A stretch of DNA of 64,000 nucleotides from Paraphysomonas bandaiensis (lineage: Eukaryota; Protista; Chrysophyceae). The stretch's first letter is position 1, and every line of letters starts with the position of its first letter. Location: positions 62,001-126,000 of the forward strand of contig CBFFRP010000239.1 in the NCBI GenBank assembly GCA_965644295.1, in the 5' to 3' direction. Below are positions 25,360 through 36,189 of this stretch, in pieces. The notes beneath the pieces are model-generated. The model was not told the origin of the DNA and did not search any database. It saw nothing but the letters and a program-made list of their open reading frames with translations. The position numbers and the translations under genes were made by a program.

Positions 25360-26200
25360 ATCATTCCGATAGCTCCTCCGACGGCCTGTCGTCCTTTGGA
25401 CAATTAAAGATTGAATACATCTTCTCGGGTATTGATTCCTTCAAATGGACACATTAACGAAGGCATCAGGCTGTATGCCGCATCTCTAACAAAGAAGTTT
25501 CCTTCAGAGAACTTGAATTCATCATTATTGCAGCGCTGCCAGAATCGCGATTTCCTTACGGCACATCCATCCGCAGTTGCACCCTTATGGCCTACGATTA
25601 CGTACAAGAACTCTTCGTTGTAATCAGCTTCTCCTTGCATATCCAAAGCGTAAAACGACTTGTAACAGCGATAAGGACAGGCATTTCGAACTCCAGCTGG
25701 AAGTTTGATATGAACAAGTAACACATCAATTCCACCGAGACACCCATCCATCTTCATTTTGGTTGAGAAGCCGTCACTAAGTCTGCTTCTCTCTTCCTCA
25801 GTGCTTGGTAGACGAATAACCTCTTCATGGAAGCAGTCCAATAGCGCATCCAGTACTACCCATCTCAATATTCGAAAAGCCCTGCAATCAAATTTAAGTT
25901 AATATTAGTAGATGTTACTACGCTTATACCTTGCACGTAGATCACGCAAGAATTGAATATCATGTGGAAAGCCACCCGCTAATCATCTTATCACTCCAAT
26001 TAATAAGTACCTTACAGGGATACGCTTCTTTCCACGACTAGAAGCACCAACTTCACTCTCAAGGTACATGGTTACTTTCTCTTCTATCGTAGAGAAGAGA
26101 GATGGAGTCATTCTATTTCTAGACTTCTCCTTTATGATTTCTTCTGCTTCATCTACTGTCGATGCCTCTCCATTCTATCATGAGCTCAAATCTGCGGCTT
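25360..26200 (-). pseudogene. PIF/Harbinger (DDE_Tnp_4, HARBI1-like) transposase pseudogene with one intron
   Basis: R*LAGG...GCLGGID...YKSFYAL...GATADG...DAAY...FNL*LSKGRQAVGGAIG; two stops, catalytic Glu lost, 3' truncated. Confidence 0.85.
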
Positions 26201-26672
26201 CTTGTAATCGCGTAATTCTTTCGGATTTTCTCTACAATAGCGATGAACTAACTCCACCCTCCGGTCAGCTTCATCAAATAAATACATAAGCCCGTCATGT
26301 CGACTACACGTTGGGAAGATATTCATGTCTCAACTATCTATAATGGTCACTGTGTATCAGCACTTAGAGGAGTGAACCTCGTACGTGTGTTTCTATATGT
26401 TACTGTTGTTGTTTATTTGTAGTGTGTTTTCAGTTTTCAGGCCTGGTCTGAATAAAGATGCCGATGCATGTATGTGCATGTATGTATGTGTATACCTGGT
26501 ATACGTGTATACCTATAGGCTATAGTTGTATATACAGCAGTACTATGTATAGAGTCCCATAGTGTACATACGCAGTACATCTCTCAGTATGTATATGCAT
26601 ATATATGCAGAGGACTCGACACACACAGAGAAGCGTGCGGCTGTGATAGCAGAACACCATAACAATCACATC

Positions 26673-29600
26673 ATGCTACAATTCATCTTCACCTCACTCA
26701 ATCTCATCCTCCATTCCTTCGACACTTATCTCCATGCCTCCGAACACACTCTACTGGGCAGTAAATCCTTCCCTGGCGCTCTATCAGTGGCATACGGACA
26801 CAATCAGGACACAGAGCCCTTCACGAGCCATGTCCTGAGATCAGGAGGGGTTCAGATCATATGCGGAGGTAGCAGTGATCCTCCAGAGGGGTTACCTGTT
26901 GATATCTTATCGGATTATATCACTCAAGAGGCTCGTATGTGTCACTGGCACATGCATCAACCGTTATATTCATGTGTACTGTTTGATGAGCCGATGCAAC
27001 AGCTGTATATGTTTGGGGATTCTGTGGGATCAGTGCCACTGTGGTATGCATTCAATACCTCTTCAGAGGCATCTGGGGTAGAATTTGTCGTATCATCGGA
27101 TCTACTTGCACTATCTTATTTAGGATTTACAGACATCACTGCAGTTGGTCCTGGTGTAACAATGTGTATGAACTCATCCAACTATGTCATTCAAGCATTA
27201 AATCATTGGTCTGATCATATAGATAGCTATGATCAGGGTTCGTCTGCACTGCAACCATTGCATGAGACGATATTATCTGCTACTGTTAACTCACTAGAGC
27301 ATGTTGACAGTGGTGTCAATGAGTTAGATATGATGGATGCAGCTAGCATACTTGTGGAATGTGCTTTAGTAGCAAATGAATCATCTGTGCTGCCGTCGAG
27401 TAATCGGCTGAGGTATAGGACTCCGCCTTTATCAGTGGACTATATCTACAACCCTGAGTTGATTGACCGCCACACCTATGGTAAGCACACAGTAATTTAA
27501 AGTAATTCACAGACATAGAAAATCGTTTTTAAAGAAACTTATCTAACTTGTTTTTGATGTAGCACTCATAGAGCAGCTGGATTATCGACGAACTGAGCCG
27601 TTGGCTTTTACCCCAAGGTATTGTCTGCATCAAGTTTCCATCATGTTTGTACTGCAGCATGTTTACTTTCAAGTCAATTAGTGCTACTGCTTTTCTTTGT
27701 CTTTCTGTCACTCTTTGTACGTAATTGGTAAATATACTATGTACTAGTAGTTACTCCATACGAATTGCTTGGATTTCGTGTGTTCACTGTATTCGATGAA
27801 TGTGTATGACACTGACTTTACCTGGTGTAGCTACATGCGAATTGCAGTTAATCGCGCCCGTCTCTGCGAAGGAATTTATTCACGCTCAAAAGGAGCCGCG
27901 GGTGTGCTTATTTCTCACGATACTGGTTTTCTCGAACCAAGACCCTTCCATGTATTTTTTCAGAACTTTTTCTGCTCCCGACGGGCTGTGACGGTAAAGT
28001 ATCCACTGCGACACGCGTCGTGGCGTACGCTTGCGATGAACCTTCCACACACAACCAGGTAAAACTGAGTTATTCAATCTAACAGCAAACTTTTGACGAT
28101 TTTATGACCGGCGCAGCTATTTAAATCAAGTTGCTGAAGAGCTGATTGCATTACAGTCCTGTGGTTACAAAATGCCGTTTGACCGCGCACGGGAAATACG
28201 TTTTGCTTCTGAAGTTTTATCACCATTTGAAGTAGTCACTGCTCCGTCTCCAACTATTACCACAGAGTATGGATTCAAGGAGCGTTTAGTGAGAATAGCC
28301 AGAAAACATGCAACTAGTTCAATACAACCTCGAGGACGAGAAATATTTTTGTTACTGGTGACTTCGGACTATGCAGAAGTATTTGCTAATTTCATCTGCC
28401 ATCTACAGTCGCTTGATGGAGTTGAGAACAAGCAAATGTTTATTGTAATAACACCTAATGACGATATTGCACTACTTGCGCAATCCGCTGGGCTTGGCGT
28501 TGCTAGGTTTGATGACATTGACAGGGATATATTTTTTCCGCATGCTGCCAATCGATTGGAAAGCCTGGCGAATGTTAATGGATCTGATTTTGGAATGGTA
28601 ATGTACCAGATGCTCGTGTTTTATCGAACACATGCGGCGATGGTACTTTTGGAGCAGGGGTATAATGTTATCATTGCTGATATTGACACTGTATGGATAA
28701 GGAATCCACTACTCTCTATTCCCCTTAACATCACCGCTGATGTCTATGTGACTAAAGATGGGGAAGAATTGTGTGGGTGTTTTGTGTACCTTAACTCTAC
28801 TTCGATGGGAATTAGATTTTGGGCTGAGGTTTTGACCCGTCACAGAGATGTGGTTTCGAAAAATGTAGGCGGGAATTCTACTGGGCATATGGAGAACATG
28901 TTTGATTCTGAACAAGTCATTTTGACGGACCTGCTGTTACGAATGAAATATAAAGAAGAGTTGACAGTATACATACTTCCTTCCACTGCATTTCCATCGG
29001 GGTACGACTATTTCGTGAGACAGACTCATTTGGCTTATTCTGAACAAGTTTTCCCAATTTCGATAATTCACAACAATTTCAATGTAGGTGTATCGATGAA
29101 GAAATATCGCTTTCAGCGCCATGGTTTATGGCGAGTTAAATCTGGGTGGATGATCGCTGATGGATTAACCGGTGCATGTGTGTCGGAACCAACATTGGGC
29201 ACGTGGCGTCAGCTATTGTATGTTGAAGTTGAGAGGGTTGATATTCCTAGTCTAGTAGTATTACTTCCACGACATAATGAGATTGTAAATACAGATCGTG
29301 TGAAATGTGTAGTGTCGTGGGAAGGGGGGCAGAACTTGTCTGCTTCACGCGGTGGCAATATATGGCTAGCCCGGTTTCCCACAATTCAGTATATACCCTT
29401 CGAAAGTGGATTCCATGCGATGGAACTCACTGTCAGTGGAAAAAGTTTTTTGCATTTGACTTTCACCCTTGATGGCACCAATATCGCTACAAGCGTGGAT
29501 GTCGGTATGAACAATGGTGTTTTTGCTTTAGACAGGAACGGGAAATGGCATGATATCGCACAGTCGAATGCTGTTGCTACAGGACAATCAACCGTGGATG

Positions 29601-31963
29601 GACCTCTCTGCAATAATACTGATGGTTTTAAGTCATCAGCAGTGCACAGTACATCATCTTTTCCTTCAGTTATCTCCCACAGTCGTTCCCGTGATAGGGA
29701 CACCTGTATTTCTGTTGTACGGCACTCTAATTCGTATCGTTTTACCCTGAGGGTTCTCGCATACAACAGGCCACACGCTCTGGAGCGACTGTTGAGTTCA
29801 TTATTGCGTGCTGACTATGGAGATGGCAACATCGTGGATTTGTATATATACATTGATAAGAATGACAACGATTCAACTGAGAGCAAGGTAGTTATAAGTA
29901 ATAGTAAATGAAAATTAATTGTGAAGGAACAATGAGAATATTTTCTATGTTAGTATATGTCCTTTCTTTGCAATATATACATACTCTGCGATGTTGATAT
30001 TATATTATATGTGCAGAAGCGATTGCGCGATGATGTTCTTCTTATTGCTACGAAAGTTGTGTGGCCATTTGGAGAGAAGAGGTACATTTATTTTGATGAT
30101 GCGAATTTTGAACTAAAGTTTAGTTGCAGGGTTATAAATCGCCAAACACACCTCGGGTTGAAAGGACAGTGGTACATGGCAGGCTATGACAGCAGTAGTG
30201 GGCGTAACGGTCAAGTTTGGCAAACGCTCTCTATAATCCTGGAAGATGATATGCAAGTGGGTATAATATGGTCATGCTAGCATGTGTTGTTGGCATAACT
30301 ATATGTAGGTGTCGCCGTACTTTTTTTTGTGGACACTAAATGCGGTTGAACGCTACTATACAGTTGAGCAGCAGAAGATTCACAGAGACTTGCTAGCTCG
30401 CACCAGACTTCACATGACCCAGAATAGAACCAGGCAGTACGAAAACTCCCCACTAGATGAATTTGCTCGGGAATACGCGGGGCGTGGTGTTATGTACGGT
30501 GTGTGCCTAAGTAAACAGCATCTGGATACCGTGCATTATCCGCAGGATTTGGAAGTCAGGAACTCCCACAGTCCTTTTCTATACAGGTGCATCTATCACG
30601 CTCTACTTTATTTCATTGAAACTTATGCGCCCCTGTATGCAATTTACGCAACATCATGATTTTTGTAATTTACATTTTCTAGTCTGATTGGAACCTGGGG
30701 CACTCTTATTTACCCTTTGGTCTGGCAAGCGTTTTTGGAGTGGTGGACTTGGAAGGATAACTATATACAGGCTGCTTCCAGCGATTATGTTCCTCCATAT
30801 GTAGGAGGACTGATAACTGATAAGTATTTCTATGATAACCCTAGCATATGGAGTCCATGGATGATACGGTAATTTTACTTCCATCCCTGATGCGCTGGGT
30901 AATAGTTTTAAAATATAGGTTTGCTTTTGAAACTGGAGGCAAGTTTCTTTACCCCAATCTTCCTGGAAATTTGTCTTTAGCTACGAATTTTCGTGACAAA
31001 GGGGACAACTATGGTGTCAGCTTGGGACCTGGAACCGTGACTTTACACACTGAACACGTTTGCTCCTGTAGTGGTATAATAGAGTATGATTTTAAGGTTG
31101 GAAATCTTTGGAAATTTGACACGCTGGAAATATTGTCGAAGTGGCAGTATGACTTGAATATGCGAAGACTTGGTATTCCCAGTGGTCACCCGGAGTCCAT
31201 ATACTCATCAGGACTCGGGCATAGTATATCTGCACAATCACTGCTAAAAAAAAATATAGAATGGATGGGAGTAGCAGTACGTCACAATATTTCATCGTCA
31301 TCTCAAGTAGATCTATCGGGTGCACTTTGGGCTGCTGTTACCTCGACAATAGAAAGTGTGGCTGATTCAGAGGCGGTTCTATTACATATTGAGCCGTCTG
31401 CTCTGATATATCACTCTATTAAACATTTTTCGTATAATCATTATATGTTATCATCGGCTTGTTCAGCATGGGTGAATGCAATTAGTGATATTGATATTTT
31501 GCTTGGTGTAAAGTCACCATCGCTGGTTCCATGTGCAGCCCCTGGCTCAATCGACACCCGCGATTCGTCTGACATGTGGCGGTTTCTGGTGAACATGCAT
31601 ATTGATATTGTTGTTTTGGACCTGACTGGCATTGGCTACTACCACACTGATATGAAATCTGTGTGGAAACAGCTGAGCACGACAGCGTATAGATATATTC
31701 TTGTGTTAGGTAGTTGTGCTGGAGCTCCTACTGATATTGAACTACCTCTGGATGGAAGCTCGACGGAACTCAGAGATCGACAAGAAAATGCTTTTACAGT
31801 CATAGAAGATGTATGTGAAGAAATTGACGGTGATAAAGGGGCGATTCTTTATCAGCGTGTTAGCAGCTTGAGTCCTGATTGGAAAAGTGTACGCCATGGA
31901 GTTGTGCGGCGGAGTGCGGGAAATATTGTTGCTCGCCGCGTTCTTAGAGCGGAAGCACGCTGA
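26673..31963 (+). CDS. Multi-domain glycosyltransferase: degenerate asparagine-synthetase/Ntn-like N-terminus, nucleotide-diphospho-sugar transferase (GT77-like), and GT2-like domain; about 9 exons
   Basis: Motifs GDSVGSVPLWY; GYNVIIADIDTVWIRNP...HNNF...KKYRF; LAYNRPHALERLLSSL...IILEDD|VSPYF...LYPNLP. Phase-compatible junctions 27480/27563, 27617/27831, 28058/28117 and onward. Confidence 0.72.
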
Positions 31964-32624
31964 TATTAAGTAGTAGTGATGAAATGGTGTTCGTTTATGC
32001 ATGCCAGAGTAATCTTATTGAATTTTTGATCGCAGAGAGCTGTGCAGGAGAGCATGTACTGCTTACTCCGTAATTTTTATATTTTCCACATCAGTGGTGT
32101 TGTATGGCATGTTAGATTTTCTATGTGTGCATTATAATAGATGTGGAAGTCATCTATAGAATAAATATTTAAACCAATTATCCTAAGAGCTTATTTCAAT
32201 CAAAAATCACTAGAATTAGAGCAATAAGTGCAATGGAGACTAAGACAGAGAGAATTCAATAATTGGCATTATTGTGGTTGTCAGCTTAAAGTACACAATT
32301 AAGAATAGTTTTAGCTCAAAGTATATAGCGTTTCTATAGTATAAGTTATAAGTTGAAATTCAAATCCTTAGTTTGCAATAGACTATAATGAATATGAATG
32401 GTTAGACTTGCTGCTTGCATTCATTACCATTCGTTCATACAAAGTATTATCTTGAGTCATACGTATTATAGCTATTCATAATAATTACTCGTTAAGTAAA
32501 GTTCTTTGTTTATATAAGCATATTTTAAATTTTCAACTGTTTCAATAAATGCTTCTAAAATTGCTGAGGTCTCAAGTTCTAATATAGCTAACGCATTGAG
32601 TTTCAAACATCCACAGTTGCGTGG

Positions 32625-33590
32625 TTAACTACGAACAGATGAAAACAGTTCACTATCTTCAATAATGAACGGGGTTTCTGAGTAGCCCATTGCCTCTCTA
32701 TATGCCATATCCTGCTGTACTGAATTATCCGATCCCTGGGGTGTATTGTTTGAATGAACTTGAGTACGCTTTGCAGTTCCATGATTAGGTGACCCTTGTA
32801 TCAACCTTGCCACCCGTTCAATACTACGTTCGAGACTACCAGGTATTTTGCTACTCCAATATAAACTTACAAAGCTAATATCTTCCACTGAGCTGTACTT
32901 ACAAACCAACTGGCGCCACCGTGCCTCCGTTTCATCAATCAACCATAATGCCTGCTGAAACACTGTAAACTTCTGCCAAACGGATCTGTTGGGAGGGTTG
33001 AGTACAACAGCAGGTATGTTATGGAAAGGACAGTAGCCATACAACACATCCGTACATAGATTGTGTCTGAGTCTCCCAGGCGTTGTATACATGAGACTCT
33101 TCGCTGACTCATATCGTGCGCGTCGTATACGAACAAATGTAACATGTGTACAGAAGCCCTGAGCCCTCCTCTTGACCGCCTCAGCTATGCCACGATAATA
33201 AAACAAGTTCGCATGACCTAAATCCATCACCACCTCCGCATGACTCTCATTCACTGCTCTCTGATAGAAAGGTAATGCATGATACAGTATGAACTCTAGC
33301 TCATGTTGCACAGTGAAGTTCAATGCAGTGTATTTCCTGTAACTGACTGTGGAGGATGCAGCACGTATAGAGGAGGCAATGCGGTGTCCTTCAAAGAGGA
33401 ATACAGTAGAGGAAGTGGGGAGATAGCTGGAAGGACGGCTTAGTGTTGTAGTACCTACATGACCCGTAGAGTATCCGAATATACACTCATAGGGAGGGGA
33501 GGGGAGACCACATACACTTATAAGGAGAGTGAGACTGAGAGAGATGGAGACGAGCATATCCAGTGGCTTATATATGCAGGAGAGATACAC
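32625..33590 (-). CDS. Sulfotransferase-like P-loop protein with N-terminal signal/anchor, intronless
   Basis: GYSTGHVGTTTL (5'-PSB-like) and FVRIRR...AKSL (3'-PB-like); hydrophobic N-terminus, likely starting at MLVSIS. Confidence 0.65.
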   Translation of the reverse strand: MYLSCIYKPLDMLVSISLSLTLLISVCGLPSPPYECIFGYSTGHVGTTTLSRPSSYLPTSSTVFLFEGHRIASSIRAASSTVSYRKYTALNFTVQHELEFILYHALPFYQRAVNESHAEVVMDLGHANLFYYRGIAEAVKRRAQGFCTHVTFVRIRRARYESAKSLMYTTPGRLRHNLCTDVLYGYCPFHNIPAVVLNPPNRSVWQKFTVFQQALWLIDETEARWRQLVCKYSSVEDISFVSLYWSSKIPGSLERSIERVARLIQGSPNHGTAKRTQVHSNNTPQGSDNSVQQDMAYREAMGYSETPFIIEDSELFSSVRS

Positions 33591-34014
33591 GCATATGTCT
33601 ATACATGCCGTATACTAACGAATACATCGAGAGTATAGCTCCCTATACATATATATGCATACATGAGAGCCTTGAAAAGAAGGGTCATAAAAATTCACAT
33701 ACTTAAAAGTCACATGAAGTTCAAGTTGAAGTAGATGAATGAAATACACTCATCACTTCGTACAGCCGTATGGTTCATGTGGATATGTCTATACGAATAT
33801 TCACGTACATCAATACGTACAGAAGATATATAGTCTCAGGCTATCCACATATCCATAGCCCTGGACCCTTATATGGCATGACGCTGTTTACTTGCCATAT
33901 GTCATCAAAACTAGAATAAAGTACTCCTGCTAAAGACGAATGGAACATATGCCCATATATTTACCTTGATCTGCAGGCATGTGCATATCTGCCAACAGAA
34001 ATATGATGGAGGAC

Positions 34015-34572
34015 TATGTATGTATGTATGTGTGTATGTATGTATGTATGTATGTATGTATGTATGTATGTATGTATGTATGTATGTATGTATGTATGTA
34101 TGTATGTATGTATGTATGTATGTATGTATGTATGTATGTATGTATGTATGTATGTATGTATGTATGTATGTATGTATGTATGTATGTATGTATGTATGTA
34201 TGTATGTATGTATGTATGTATGTATGTATGTATGTATGTATGTATGTATGTATGTATGTATGTATGTATGTATGTATGTATGTATGTATGTATGTATGTA
34301 TGTATGTATGTATGTATGTATGTATGTATGTATGTATGTATGTATGTATGTATGTATGTATGTATGTATGTATGTATGTATGTATGTATGTATGTATGTA
34401 TGTATGTATGTATGTATGTGTGTATGTATGTATGTATGTATGTATGTATGTATGTATGTATGTATGTATGTATGTATGTATGTATGTATGTATGTATGTA
34501 TGTATGTATGTATGTATGTATGTATGTATGTATGTATGTATGTATGTATGTATGTATGTATGTATGTATGTA
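34015..34572. repeat. (TATG)n microsatellite, about 139 units
   Basis: Directly visible; only two TGTG variants (~34031, ~34419). Confidence 0.99.
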
Positions 34573-35479
34573 CAGCCTGTGAGATTGTATATAGGATCTG
34601 AGTCGATATCTTAAAGACATAGAAAGATATGAGTGTGTAGTGCTGGAGTTGGTTACACGAAGCGATGCATGGTTCGGTGTGGCTGCAGGCTCTCACAGTA
34701 TCTGGTCCGTCAAGATGCTGAACGGATAGAGGGGCTGATGACTGCGTAGAATCAGCACACACTCATAGCATTGTATGATGTACGGGCGAGCCTTCTTAAT
34801 CACCAGGCTGTCGATATGGAGCCACCCGGAAATACTTATATGTCCTAGTAATAGTTGATTTATTGGACTTTAAAGTGCTGTTCAAACAACCACATGTATA
34901 TATGAAATTTAATCATGATATTCCTTTCTCCCGTAATGGAACAAACTCTCACAGAGTATGTATAGTATTACTTGTTGTTTGCATATACTGGACATTAGTC
35001 AGTCGAAAGGGCCGTCTGTAAGCACAGGGGACATTCGAGGTACCGGACATTATTTCTTGCTGTATGGATACATCACACAAGAAACGCGTGTATTTGTTGT
35101 CATTCACTCGAACATTTGCTCCTGTAGATAATCTGACAACGAATTGAAAGTCATGTTCGTTGAATTCTCTCTTTTCTAATATTTGGATTAAGTTGGAGTA
35201 ACAAAAGCAATTCAATATATGCATCTGATAACCGAGCTGCGAGATACTGGCTGTACACATTATCAGTACGAAATGAATTTCGTACATTTTGACACTTCGA
35301 CGGCGCAATGTGTAACTGCTTAATTATTACTTTATCTCACATTCCAGTGCCATGTATATAAGTATTCCATTGGAATATTTCAGATACGAATACTGTTATA
35401 ATTACATACATATAGCAGGGAACACCTATTGTCTGATAACAAGCAACAAGCTACTAACAGCTTTCTAGGATTTAGTCCC

Positions 35480-35700
35480 CAACAAAGTCGGACTCGCACC
35501 TTTTTTCGTGGTGTTCTGGGGGATAAGTACCGGAGATATTTCTGCCGCCAGATAAGTAGTCAGCAGATAACTTTCTGCCCTCTTATAGCTAGCCTACTAG
35601 TTGTGTGGTACAAGAGACACTAATAAGTGTCACTTGTGTAGACTTCTTTAGGCCTTGACAAATAAACAAGCATGCCCACCCCGGGGGCATCCGGCTGTCT
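35480..35700 (+). repeat. Dispersed repeat X (inverted homolog at 46485-46720)
   Basis: Shared blocks CAACAAAGTCGGACTCGCAC, GATAAGTACC, TAGTCAGCAGATAA, GGTACAAGAGACACTAATAAGTGTCACTT. Confidence 0.8.
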
Positions 35701-36189
35701 GCAAAAGTCAAGCGAAGCAAAATATCTCCCCTACATAGGCTTCATTATGAGACTATTGATCATTTTTACATTCTCTATCATACGGGTGCCCTAATCATTA
35801 TACAATATATATATTCCTTTCGTAGTCAACGACATTAGTTTACAAGTGTAGCTGTACTGAATCTATATTAGTGACAAATAATCTACCTGTCAAGATTAAT
35901 ATCTAAACACAAGTTGTGCAGTAGAGATTAGAGATAACACTTATGGCGGATGAAATAGTGCAATAAATGTATAAAAATCTCATATTCCATACATAATGTA
36001 TGTCATATCTTGAGAAACAAGAAACTACTTAGAGTCCCGCACAGCGTGAATCTTGTAAAGACCAATATTTATTACCCTCTGTCGATTATTTCAGGACAAA
36101 GCAGATAACAAAAACACAGGAACCTCATATGAAGCAAAGGCACACAAAACATTAGTCAAAACTGGAAACTAACCCACTCCTATAAACTC

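Noticed and set aside
33911-34762. Five long ORFs (HTYI/MYVC repeats)
   Set aside because: Artefacts of the stop-free (TATG)n array.
34580-34850. Coding-like GC-richer stretch after the microsatellite
   Set aside because: No sustained frame or recognisable motif.
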